A DNA stretch of 64,000 bases from Octopus vulgaris (Eukaryota). Shown one piece after another: positions 23,240 through 36,900 of the stretch (within the stretch, counting starts at the first letter, position 1; every line of letters starts with the position of its first letter). The notes below the pieces were generated by a model. The model searched no databases. It worked only from the letters and a program-made list of their open reading frames with translations, and had not been told where the DNA came from. The stretch covers positions 59,830,001 to 59,894,000 of the forward strand of contig OX597828.1 of assembly GCA_951406725.2 (NCBI GenBank), read 5' to 3'. Position numbers and translations under genes: made by a program.

Positions 23240-26200
23240 ACATGAAATGATGTTAAATGACATGACGTTAAATAACATTAAATGACATGGCGGTAAATAA
23301 CTTTACATGACGTAAAATGACATGGCGTTAAATTATGTTAAATGACGGTAAATGACATGGTGTCAAATGACGTTATATGACATGACGTTAATGACATTAA
23401 ATGACGTTAAATGACATGACGTGAAATGATTTTAAATGACATGACGTTAAATGAAGTTAAATGACATGACGTTAAAAAACGTAAAATGACATGGCGTTAA
23501 ATTATGTTAAATGACGGTAAATGACATGGTGTCAAATGACGTTATATGACATGACGTTTAATGACATTAAATGACGTTAAATGACATGACGTGAAATGAT
23601 TTTAAATGACATGACGTTAAATGAAGTTAAATGACATGACGTTAAAAAACGTTAAATGACATGGCGGTAAATAACTTTACATGATGTAAAATGACATGAC
23701 GGTAAATGACGATGTCAAATGACGTTATATGAATGATGTTTAATGACGGTAAATCTAGTTAAATGACATGACGCTAAATGAGGTTAAATGACGTTAAATT
23801 ACATGACGCTAAATGATATTAAATGACATGACGTTATATTATGTTAAATGACGTAAAATGATTTTAAATGACATGAATTTAAATGATGTTAAATGATGTT
23901 AAATTACGTTACATGACAACGGTAAATGATATTACATGACGGAGAAGGTTTTTAAATGACATGACGTTATATGATGTTAAATGAAATGACGTTATATGAC
24001 ACTAAATGACGTTAAATTACGTTAAATAACATAAATGACATGACATTAAATGATGTTAAATGACATGACGTTAAATGATATGACGTTAATGACGTTATAA
24101 GAATTCAAATGACATGACGTTAAATGACATGACATTCTATAACATGACGTGAAATGACATGACGTTAAATGACATAACGTTAATTGACATGATGTTAAAT
24201 TATATTAAATGACATGACGTTAAATGACATTAAATGAAATGACGTTAAATGACGTGACGTTATATGACGCTAAATGACGTTCAATTACGTTATGGACATG
24301 ACGTTAAATGATGTTAAATGACATGACGTTAAATGGCGATAAATGACGTTAAATAGCAAAACATTAAATGACATGAATTTAAATGATATTAAATGACATG
24401 ACGTTAAAAGAATTCAAATGACATGATGTAAAATGAGGTTAAGTGACTTTAAATATCATGACGTTAAATGATTTTAAATGACATGACCTTAAATGACGTT
24501 AAATGAATTGATGTTAAATGAGATGACATGACGTTAAAAGAATTCAAATGACATGACGTTAAATGAGGTTAAATCACATGACGTTCTACGACATGACGTA
24601 ATACATGATATAGAAGGACGTTAAATGACATGACGTTAAATGATATTAAATGACATGACGTTAAATAACACGAAGTTAAATAACGTTAAATGACTTCGAA
24701 TGACATGAGGTTAAATGACGTTATATGACATGACGTTAATTGTAGTTAATTGACATGACGTTAAATGACATGACGCTACATGATGTGAAATGACGCTAAT
24801 TGACATGACATTAACTGACATGACGTTAAATGATGTTAAATAACATGACGTTAAATGACGATGAATGACGTTAAATAACATGACGTTATATTAGGGTAAA
24901 TGGCGTAAAATGACATGACGTTAAATGATTTTAATTACATGACGTTAAATGACAATAAATAACGTAAAATGGCATGACGTTAAATGATGTAAAATGACGT
25001 TAAATGACAAGGCGTAAAATTACGTTAAATGACATAACGGGAAATGACTTTACATGGCGTAAAATGACATTACGTTAAATAACGTTAAATGAAATGACGT
25101 AAAATGACATGACGTTCAACGACATGAAGTTAAATGACATGACGTTAAATGACATGACGTTAAACGACGTTAAATGATGTTAAATGACATGACGTTAACT
25201 GACGTTAAATAGCGTTGAATGACATGACGTTATTTGACGTTAAATGACATCAAATGACGTTAAATGACATAGCGTCAAATGGCATGACGTTCAATGAGGT
25301 TAAATGACATGACGTACAGTGACGTTAAATGAAGTTAAATGACATGACGTTAAATGACATGAAGTGAAAGGATTTTAATTACATGACAATCAATGACATT
25401 AAATGACATGACGTTAAATGACCTTAAATGACATGACGTTAAATAACGTTAAATGACGTAAAATGACATGACGTTAAATGATGTCAAATGACGTAAAATA
25501 ATATGACGTTTAATGACCTGGCGTCAAATGGCATGACGTTAAATGACATGTCAAATGACGTTAAATGAAGTTCAATGACATGACGCTAAATGACGTTAAC
25601 TGATATTAAATTACATGACGCTGAATGACGTTAAATGACATGACGTTATATGACGTTAAACGACGGTAAATGACATGACGTTGAATGACATTAAATGACA
25701 TGATGTGAAATGACATTAAATGAAATTAAATGACATGAAGTTAAATAACTTTAAATGACATGACGTTAAATGAAGTCAAATGACATGACGTTAAATGACA
25801 CGACATTAAATGACGTAAAATGTTATGACGTTAAATTACATGAAATGACATGACGTTACATGACATGACTTTAAATGACGTTAAATAACATGACGTTAAA
25901 TGACATGGCGTTAAATGATATTAAATGGCATGACGTTATATGACATTAAATGACGTAACGTTAAATGACTTTAAATGACATGACATTAAATGACGTTAAA
26001 TGATGTTAAATGATATGATGTGAAATGACGTTAAATGACATGACATTAAATGACGTTAAATGCCGTTAAATGACATGGCGTTAAATTACGTTCAATGAAT
26101 TAACGTTAAATGACTTCAAAGGACGTAAAATGACGTTAAATAACATGACGTTGAATGACATGAGATTAAATTACCTGACGTTAAATTAGATAAATGACGT

Positions 26201-26517
26201 TAAATGACATGACGCCAAATAACGTTAGATGAGGTTAATGACATGACGTTAAATGACGTTAAATGAAATAACGTTTAATGATGTTAAATGACATGAAGTT
26301 AAATGACGTTAAGTGATGTTAAATGACCTGACGTTAAATGACGTTAAAGAACGTTAATTGACATGACGTTAAATGACGTTATATGACATGACGTTAATTG
26401 TACGTTAATTGACATGACGTTAAATGACATGACGTTAAATCACATGATGTTAAATGACGCTAAAATGACATGACATTAACTGACATGATGTTAAATGCCG
26501 TTATATGACATGACGTT
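23240..26517. repeat. Satellite of AAATGACATGACGTT (15-mer) and AAATGACGTT (10-mer) units, running into the gap
   Basis: directly visible array of more than 3.2 kb built from TGACA/TGACG/TTAAA pentamers. Confidence 0.97.
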
Positions 26518-26617
26518 NNNNNNNNNNNNNNNNNNNNNNNNNNNNNNNNNNNNNNNNNNNNNNNNNNNNNNNNNNNNNNNNNNNNNNNNNNNNNNNNNNN
26601 NNNNNNNNNNNNNNNNN
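26518..26617. other. Assembly gap (100 N, size probably unknown)
   Basis: exactly 100 Ns. Confidence 0.99.
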
Positions 26618-26735
26618 ATATAGAAAGATGAATAATCTTGTAGTAGATTAATCAAAAGTTTAACCGATACCTTAGTAGCAAAAATCACAGCAGTAAATCT
26701 GCGTTCAGCTCCATTTCTTCAATTCACCAATAATG

Positions 26736-26787
<52 letters not shown>

Positions 26788-27815
26788 TTATTGATTGTTG
26801 ATGTATTTTTGTACTTGAGAAGACACAAGCTTAGTAAAATCACAGTTGTGGCCAGTGCCGGTCACACGTAAAAGGCATCCATGTTAGTGACATGTAAAAG
26901 TCATCTATGCTGGCGACACATAAAAGGCACTCAGTACACTCTCTGGAGTGGAGGGTGTTAGAAAGGCTGTAGAAACTAAGCCGAAATAGACTGGAGCTTG
27001 TTGTAGCTCTCCGACTTACTAGTTTCAGTCAAATCAGCTAACCCATACAAGCACAGAAAACGGATGTTAAATGATAACAATAATGATGATGATGATAATG
27101 ATGATCTGTCAGCTTAATTTCCATTTTATGGACAGCACTAGGATCCTGTCATAAAAATTGAGTTTTCTTTCTCAATGATCTTTGTGAACAAGTTTAGATA
27201 GAATCTTTTCCAATGTCCACAACCTTTTCTTCCACTTGCTAATACCACCAACATTTTCAGACAGTTCATAATATCTTCAATTAATCTCTAATGCATTCAG
27301 TACAAATTAAGGTTGCCAATAAATTCTGTAATACATTTTTAACAATCCTGTTGAATTTAACAACACTCACACATGCACACAAACATATTTGTTAAAGGCA
27401 CAATCCTTACAACTGTAAATGTCTTCTTCAGGATTACTTTTAGAATAGAAGCTGTGTCAAAGGTATTAGTCTACATTTTTTAAAAAATGACATTTGCTAA
27501 GATACAAATACAATTGTAAATATAGTAATGATATCACATTACAATAACATATATGTTATTGCACACAGATTATTAATATATAATAGTCAGAAAATATATC
27601 AAAAGATAGTATGACAATGTATATACAGTAATAAAATATTTGAATAAACATGCCAAAAAATAGTCAAAGATGATGATGTTGCTAATTTTAGAAAATTGCA
27701 GTGTTATTTCTCGTCAACAAAAAAATAACAGCCTAAAGATTTTGAAATCTATTACTTAATTTACTTATACAAACTTGAAAAATTGACAACAACATTTCAA
27801 AATGTTAAAACTCAC

Positions 27816-27903
27816 TAAGAGCCTTTGATCATCAAATGCCATGGCCATCTCTGTAAGACTTTCATTATTTAAACTTTCTGGAATAATGAAATATTCAGGT
27901 AAA
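27816..27903 (-). CDS. MTMR10: MTMR10-like exon (LPEYFIIPESLNNESLTEMAMAFDDQRLL)
   Basis: ttttttcag acceptor, gtgagt donor, phase 2/0. Confidence 0.82.
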
Positions 27904-30900
27904 CTGAAAAAAAGGAAAAAGAAAAAAAAAAGAATGAAAAATGAATTATAATTATCTAAGATCATTACATTACAAAAAGTTAAGATTCCATTTGCAGCCT
28001 ATCTCTTACACTTATTAGTATTTACTCTGCTTCAAGAGTTAATTACCGCAAAGATAAGGGTGATGTTGTAAAGAGTGGGGAACTATACAAATCAGTTCCT
28101 GAGAAAATGTTTTTAAATGAAGATAGTTTCATACCCTAAACAGATTCATTTAGTTTCCTCTCAATCTCTTGAACATAACTCTTGGTTTTGCAGTAATTAA
28201 CTAATGGAAACAGCTACCATAAATACCCATGTAATTTATGCACTGTTTCGCAAAAACAAAAATAAACTTTAGTGGGTGTGTAAATTATATGAGTAGATCA
28301 TTTCCAGAATTTTTTTAGAAATTGTTTTTGTTGAAAAATATCATACAAATGTAAACATTCATACTGGAAGTTGACTCATTTAATGTCAGAAGAGGTTTTT
28401 ACAAAAAAAATATAATGAAGTTGACTTTTATTTATGCTAAATTTACTAAAACCATTAAATGGTTAACTACTTTTTGAAGTTTGACGTTCATGCTGGTAAT
28501 CACGGTCCGGGCTATATTTTACATTGCTTGGAGTTTCTACCTATCATAATGGAGCCCAGCAATTTCCTTAAATAGATCAGTTTTTCTCCACTTAAGAAGT
28601 CTAGCTTGTGTTTGCCTCCAAGAAGCTATTGCTAGCTTTCTCCATGTTAGGACAATGAAACCCCTGACATTGCTGCTACCAGCTCTTACTGCATCTAACG
28701 CTGACGACATCATAATTCATCCTTGCACATATAAACATCTCAAAGTGAATATAACTTAGTGTTCCTACAGAAACCTTCATTTACCTAATACAATGTTTAA
28801 TCTCATTTCACATTCATGTTGAATTACACAACAATCTTATGTTCTCTTCATAGAACACTTGTACGAACTGGGATGAGGTTCTTTTTATACAGTACATTTT
28901 TGCTATTCTTGTTTATGTCTCCTCACAGACGTGAATATTCTAACAAGTCGCTTCTTAAATTTTGCACCTCTCTTGTTCAGTAAACACTGAGTTAAACTTT
29001 CAAAGCTGTTTATTTTCTCACTTTGATTTTGCAGAAGACGATGCTCTAGTCTAAACTTGCCCCAAATTCCAAAAAATATTCTTCTTCCTTGTGTTCTATT
29101 TACTGCCTGACCACCTAACTCTTACCCATCTCTCTCTCTGCCTCACTGTCTCTCTCTTCGATTTACCACTGCTGTTTCATTAAATTATTTGCTCTTTCAT
29201 AAATTATATTACCCAAAACCCCTAAGAATATTCTTCCGCGTGTTGTATTTACTGCATGACCACCTAACTCTGACCCCTCTCTCTCTGCTTCACTGTCTCT
29301 CTCTTCAATTTACCACTACTGTTTCATTAAATTATGGTTCTCAAAATCCAAAAAAATATTTTTCAATTCTATCTCACAATTTTGGCATTTGCTGTTTCAT
29401 TAATTTATGTTACCGAAAATCCCTAAGAATATTCTTCTTCCTCGTGTTGTATTTACTGCCTGACCACCTAACTCTGACCCCCCTCTCTCAGCCTCACTGT
29501 GTGTCTCTCTCTCTCTTCACCTGATACACCAACACTTCCCCCACTAACCGGAACTCTATATAAACTGGTGCATGCTCTGTTTTCCCCTACTCGATTTTCA
29601 ATTCCTCTGCTGATAGACCACGGATTTCAGAAGATGTTCAAATAAGAAATTTTTACTTTTCAACCTCGTTCATGTACTCCTGTTTCTGCGTAGATCGTAA
29701 CCCCCACCCCACCCCATTCATGCTCTATTATCTATCTATTTCTTTAACATGTAAACATAGTTCCGATAGCTTCGTCTTCCTTGTTTGTTTTAAGATCATG
29801 CATATCTGTTAATCGCAATATTTTATTTACTTATTCTATTCAAGGTTATCTAAATTTGTCTAACCATAGTATATAAGTGCAGAAGACAATGCTCTAGTCT
29901 AAACTTGCTGGATCGCGGTACACCCGCCCTCCCACCCCCTCCACTTTAACCGGAAGTCCCTAACCTATGTCTTCCTTGTTTACCTCTCGCGAACACTCCT
30001 AAGGGCCAAATGCCACCCCCACCCCTATGTAGGGTTTATTTGATCATATAGCGCATAAAAATGGTGTAGTGTATGTAGGTTGTAGTCTAGTGTTTCTTTA
30101 TGAATTCTGCTAAATGCAAGCTTTCTTTTCAGGTACATGACACTGCTGTCCCTCCTCCCAGGGTCTCACAGGTCCACATCTCCCACACCCTCAGAGTTGG
30201 CACACTGAAAGGTAGGTCTGGTGAGATTGTTGAGATGCTTGAACGGAGACGTGTAGATTTGTGCTGCATCCAAGAAGTAAGGTGGAGAGTAGGTTCCGCT
30301 ATGTTCATCACAGGCAAAGAACACACGTACAAGATTTTCTGGGCAGGGAACACTGACGGGGTTGGGGGCGTGGGTATACTTCTTGTGGAGAAATGGGTTG
30401 ATAAGGTAATCGAGGTAGTCAGAGTATGTGACAAAGTACATAAGATTAGATTAGTGCTTCACCATAGGTCAGCTACCATTATCTCGGCCTATGCCCCTCA
30501 ACCAGGGATACCCGATGGACAGAAAGATCAATTCTATGACACCTTATTGCAGACTACCGCGTTGACAAATGACAGAGACCTTCTCTTTGTGGCTGGTGAT
30601 TTCAATGGACATGCTGAACAACATGCAAGGGGCTTCCATGGCGTACATGGAGGCTATGGTTTTGGTTCCCGCAATGAGGAGGGAACCAGACTGCTGGAGT
30701 TCTGTGATGCAAATGATCTTATGGTTTGCAATACCAACTTCAGGAAACCGACAAGTCACCTAAAGTTCTGGCAGACACAATAGCCAAATTGACTACATCC
30801 TCGCCAGAAAAAGGGAAAGAGGGCTGCTTATAAATGCCAAAACCTTCCCAGGCGAAGAACGTACCCCTCAACATAGATTAGTAGTTAGCGACTTCAGGAT

Positions 30901-33900
30901 CAGGGCTAAATGGATGCCCAGAAGAAGACCAGCTTGGAGGAGAAGGGTCTGGAAGCTTAAAGATCCTGCAAATGGACAGAGATTTAGAGACGTATTACTC
31001 AAAGCCTTCAATGAAATAGAAGGGGATATAACATCACATAATGTGGAAGACAACTGGAGGTTTCTACGGGACAACCTGCTGAGAGCCTCTGATCAGATCT
31101 GTGGATAGTGCAAAGTTCCCTCTCAACCCAAGGTAACGTGGCAGTGGAACAATGTGGTTGACAGGGGTATTAGGCAAAAGAAACAGGCCTGAAAAGGACT
31201 GGAAGAAGGGAAGCCAGGAGACAGGTTTATTTAGCAAGAGGGGAAGCAGATAAGAAAAAATTTGCCAATGTTCTGCGCCACGAGGACCAAAGACTTGAGG
31301 TATTTCGTATTGCAAGACAGTGTGTGGGAGAGAATTGTGATGTCGTAGGAGAGAAATGTGTCTGTATGGATGATGGTTCACTTGCACTAAATGAGGCAGC
31401 AAAGAGAGAGGTTTGGAGACACCACTATGAAACTTTCCTCAATAAAGAAAATGAATGGGAGAAGGAGAGTCTGCCGAATGTCGACCCAACAGAGGGACCA
31501 GCTATCTGAATTGACAGTACCTTGGTAGATAAAGGTAATGAAGGTCACGAAGAGGGTCATAGCCCAACTAATTAGGGAGAGAGTCAGTTTAGAGGAGATG
31601 CAGTTTGGGTTCGTGCCAGGGAAAAGTACCACTGATGCTATATTTCTGGTAAGACAGCTGCAGGAGAAATACTTAGCCAAAGATAAACCTCTGTACCTGG
31701 CTTTCGTTGACATGGAGAAAGCCTTTGACAGGGTCCCCCAATCCCTTATCTGGTGGTCAATGAGGAAACTAGGGATAGATGAATGGTTAGTGAGAGCTGT
31801 GCAAGTGATGTACAGGGACGCTGTCAGTAAGGTGAGGGTTGGCAATGAGTACAGTGAAGAATTCCGGGTAGAGGTAGGGGTCCACCAAGGTTCAGTCCTC
31901 AGCCCCCTCCTATTTATCATAGTTCTCCAGGCAATAACGGAGGAATTCAAGACAGGATGCCCCTGGGAGCTCCTCTATGCTGATGACCTTGCTCTAATCG
32001 CTGAGTCACTATCAGAACTAGAGGAGAGGTTTCAGGTGTGGAAGCAAGGATTAATTCAAAGGGCTTTAGAGTCAACCTAGCTAAAACCAAAGTCCTAATA
32101 AGTAGGAAGTTAGACAAACCACAAACCTCTTCAGGTAAATGGCCCTGCTCAATCTGTAGAAAAGGCGTAGGTAGAAACTCTATAAGATGTACCCAGTGTA
32201 AGCTATGGACACATAAGAGGGGCAACAATATCAAAGGAAGGCTAACTGGGAAGATAGTTTTTGTATGTGGCAGATGCTCAGGAGCAATAAACACTGAAAA
32301 TGTGCAGAGAACAACTTCCGCCACATTCCAGAGAGAAAAACTAGAAATAGTTGATAGCTTCCATTACCTAGGTGACCAAGTCAGTAGCGGAGGAGGGTGC
32401 ACTGAAAGTGTAGCAGCTAGAATAAGAATAGCCTATTTCTTTACTACCCACAAGGGGCTAAACACAGAGAGGACAAACAAGGACAGACAAACGGATTAAG
32501 TTGATTACATCGACCCCAGTGCGTATCTGGTACTTAATTTATTGACCCCGAAAGGATGAAAGGTAAAGTCAACCTCGGCAGAATTTGAACTCAGAACGTA
32601 ACGGCAGACGAAATACAGCTACGCATTTCACCCGGCATGCTAAAGTTTCTGCCAGCTCGCCCCCTTAGAATAAGAATAAGAATAGCTTGGGCAAAGTTCA
32701 GAGAGCTCCTACTGCTGCTGGTGACAAAGGGCCTCTTGCTGAGAGTAGGACACGTGTACGAACAGCCATGCTACATGGCAGTGAAACATGGGCCATGACT
32801 GCTGAGGACATGTGTAAGCTCGCAAGGGTTGAAACCAGTATGCTTCGATGGATGCGTAATGTCAGTGTGCATACTCGACAGAGTGTAAGTATCTTAAGCA
32901 TCAGATGTGGTGTGCAAGAGAGACGTCTGCGCTGGTATGGTCATGTAGCGAGAATGGATGAAGATAGCTGTGTGAAAAAGTGCCACACCCTAGCGGTTGA
33001 GGGAACCTGTGGAAGAGGTAGACCCAGGAAGACCTGGGATGAGGTGGTGAAGCACGACCTTCAAACTTTAGGCCTCACTGAGGCAATGACTAGTGACCGA
33101 GACCTTTGGAAATATGCTGTGCATGAGAAGACCCAGCAGGACAAGTGAGACCATGGCCTTTACCAGGATGTAGCCAGCCCACTTATGCATACCTTTCCTT
33201 CTTTGGACACAAAACTCTGCTTGTAAAGACCTGTTGAAGCAAGTGAAATCAAAATTGAATTTGAAATCGAACCAAATTCGATGAATGGCACCTGTGCCAG
33301 TGGGGCGCTAACAGCTCCATCCAAGCAGGATCACTGCCAGAGCAGCTGGCTTCTGTGCTGGTTGGCACGTAAAAAGCACCATTTGAGCATGATCATTACC
33401 AGTGTCGCCTTACTGGTACTTGTGCTGGTGGCACATGAACAAAACATTCAAGTGAGGACGTTGTCAGTGTCGCTGGACTGACTGCTGTGCAGGTGGCACG
33501 TAAAAAACACCATTTTTGAGCGTGGTCATTGCCAGTACTGCCAGACTGACCCTCGTGCCGGTGGCATGTTAAAGCACCCACTACACTCTCGGAGTGGTTG
33601 GCGTTAGGAAGGGCATCCAGCTGTAGAAACTAGCATGGAAAGCGGACGTTAAACGATGATGATGATTTAGTGGGTTACCAAACTATCAGTCTGGTTTCCT
33701 GGCTAAAACAGTAATGACAAATTTTAAAGTTTGTTTGACATTTTATAAGTGTGAAAGGGATTAAAATTTTGATACTCTGTATCAAAGGTACCAACAAGAA
33801 TAAGCAGAAAATCAGAGCTTGAGACAAGAAGATACTTTTGACCAATCAGTATTCTGTTTTCATAATCAGTTTGATTGGTCACCTTCCTGTGTCAGTTGAA

Positions 33901-36900
33901 TAAAGTGTCATCCAAGCTGATGTTTATTGGTAATTAAACTTATTTTGCAACACTTGTGCGTATTTATCAGCTTTGTTTTTGTTGATAAGAATTATCAACA
34001 ACTTTTCCTGTGATCGTGATTTGAGAAGACATACAGAAGTATGCTAAAGATTGGATATAATCTCTTGTGGGCAAGAACTGTAGATTAAAGTTTATTATAA
34101 ACAAAACAAATACTTCGTAATTTAATAGCTTTCAATGTGATACCTGCTAAACAGAAATGTTTTTTAGCAATTTTTATCTTGAAAATCACCTGCATAAATT
34201 ACATGGGTTTTTACGGTATATATCCGCAGTCAGTCATCGTAAATATGATTGTTCATGTCTATGGCATTTTTGCAATATCTTTAAATCTGTCTAGGTCTTT
34301 CATGGTTTCTTTCCCCCTTGAATAGTTGTGAGTAGAGTCTGGGGAGTCTGTTATTGTCCATCCTGTGTATGTAACCCAACCAAAATAAATTTCTATCAAG
34401 AAGGATTTCTAACATAGGAGGCAGCCCAGCATGCTGTAGGATTTCTTCATTCCTGATTTTGTCAAAGAAAGTAATAATCATGATTCATCAATAGCTGTCC
34501 CATCCATATATGCATGTAACTGATCTGCTTCAGTTTTATAGACTGTCCATGTTTCAGCATATACAACAAGGAAGAAAGCACTATAGCCTGATATACCTTA
34601 CATCTGACACATACTAAAACGTGTTTATTTTTCCACAGCCTCTTCTTCAGCCTGCCAAATGAAGCACAAGCTCTGCTCATTCTGCATATGATTTCTTGGT
34701 CCAGTTGTACATAATTTGAGACAATGTTGCCTAGGTATTTGAATGCTAATAGTGATATTTTCTGCTGTTACACAACCAAAACAATTAAATATGGATAAAT
34801 ATTGTCTTTCATGAAAAGAGAAAACCTGGTTTACAAATAAAAGTTAAACAAAAGATAGTTCTGATTAAAAACATTACATAAATTTACATAATCTTACCTG
34901 GAAGACAGTTGAAAATTTTCATTTGCACTAGTGACATACCAATTAGGATGCTGATCAATTCGTGTTAATTCATCTTGCCAGTCCTTTTGCCGAATAAACA
35001 TTGGCATAGGTGGTTCAGCAGAAAATTCTAAGAATAGAATTATTATATAAAATTTTAGGGTTAGGGTTATGAATGAAGGACATTTTTAAAATTGTGAATA
35101 AACCTATGATATAGCATATTTTCAGTTATTGAAATAATGTGAATATTTCAACAATTAAAGGAACAACCTAAAAAGAAAAACAAAATTAGTTTGAAGAGTT
35201 CATATTGTTAACATAGCTTCAGATGGACCATCTAGAATGGTTTGATTAATGTGGTAAATATTCAGCTTAAGACTGACTGTAAAGAAAGGAAGGATAGAGG
35301 AACAGTTTTAGAGCATTGCAGTTCTAAAGACAATAGGTTAGAAAGTGTATAAACAGCATTGTAAAAAAAAGAGATGATGAAAGCCACTGAATTGCGTGGT
35401 ACACATTTAGGTAACTCAAAGAAACTGGAACTTTTCCATGTTTATCAAATATCTAAAAATAGTGTTACCCCTTGCTTGAATTTTTTATTCTAGTATTAAA
35501 ATAGTTTATTTACAGTTAAGCTTAGCAACAGTGAAATAATTTGGATGAAAGAAGGTTGATCAGTATTGAATGGCTTCACTTATTTGAATATTTTATTTAA
35601 ATGGCAACCCATTTAAATTTTATTTTAGCTGCAATATTTTAAGCTCTTTTCTTTTAGGCTTACTTAAGAATATTGTTATTCCTTGCTCACATCCTTCATT
35701 CTAGTCCACTCATTTCACAAGCAATGCAGAAAAATTAGTAATTTTTATTCTAATAATAAATTTAGCTAACTTTTTTGTATTATTTCATTTCTTATTGATG
35801 CCTATTCATTTTTGTTAGAAATTCTAAATTGAATAGCACTTTCTTTACATTGAGTATTATAAAATCTGCTTATTTAGAATTAATTTTTAAATTAATATTT
35901 ATGAGAAATAAATCTACTTATTTAGAATTAATTTTTTAATTAATATTTATGAGAAATAAATTTTTTTAAAAAGAAAGCAAAAATTTTAAAAATTATATAC
36001 AACACCATTATTATCAAACAGTAGAGAAGCAGCAGATGGAACATTAGAACAGATGGACAAATTAATAGGATGGGCAAAAATGAAATTCAAAGCCAAAATA
36101 TCTCAAAGCGTGGCATTTGTGAAAGGAGTCCAAAAAGAAGTGAAATTCAGGATAGGAGGTGAAGATACACCAACGGTGAAGGAAAGTAAGGAATCTCGGC
36201 AGATGGTACAGAGATTTACTAAATAATAAGAATCAAAGCAAAGAAACACATGATTTAGTGGAACAGGGACTAAAGGCAATTGACAGAACAACATTACCAG
36301 GGAAATTCAAATGTTGGATATTGCAATTTGGATGGTACCCAAGGATGGTGTGACCATTTCAAATGTACGAAATAGCCTCAAGTAGAGTAGAAAGGATGGA
36401 ACAAAGATGCAGTGTGTTTATCAGAAAATGGTTTGGTCTTCCAAAACCACTGAATACAACTGAACTATATGGAAAACCCATGCTGCAACTACAGGTGACA
36501 TCAATCACTGAAGAATATAAGGTAGGAAAGGCAAGGACAGTAATGATGTTAAGGTATTCGAAAGATCAGAGCATCCGAGAAAACCCTCCAAAGGTACGAA
36601 CAGAGAGGAAATAGAAAGTGGAAGAGGCAGTAAACAGGGCAATTAGAACGCTAAGGCATGCTGATATAGTTGGAGTGATACAAGAAGCAAGAGCCGGTCT
36701 AGGGTTGCACAATTTCAAGCCATTTTGCAGTGTAAAAGAGATGAAAGAGGCAGTGGTACACGAAGTGAGAAAAGAGGAAGAAGAAAGGTGCAGAAGGATA
36801 TACTTCCAGATGGGAGGAAAAGGGACATAAGGCCAGGCCTTCAAATAAAGTATACGAAACAGATGAAAGCTTGAAGGGATACTGGGAGCTAGCTGTGGAT

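Larger units (their letters stand above)
28215..34218. mobile_element. Tc1/mariner-superfamily (Tc2/pogo-like) element, split by nested insertions
   Basis: taccataaatacccatgtaatttatgca (28215-28242) vs reverse complement of 34191-34218, 26/28 identical including terminal TA. Confidence 0.65.

Noticed and set aside
23240-26517. CRISPR-like or coding interpretation of the array
   Set aside because: No unique spacers, eukaryotic context, frequent stop codons; it is a satellite.
35055-35069. TTAGGGTTAGGGTTA telomere-like motif
   Set aside because: Only 2.5 units; on the minus strand it supplies a CTAAC branch-point-like sequence about 35 nt before the MTMR10-like acceptor, so not an interstitial telomere.
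35868-35962. ~48-bp direct tandem duplication
   Set aside because: Simple local slippage in AT-rich intron; no sign of function.
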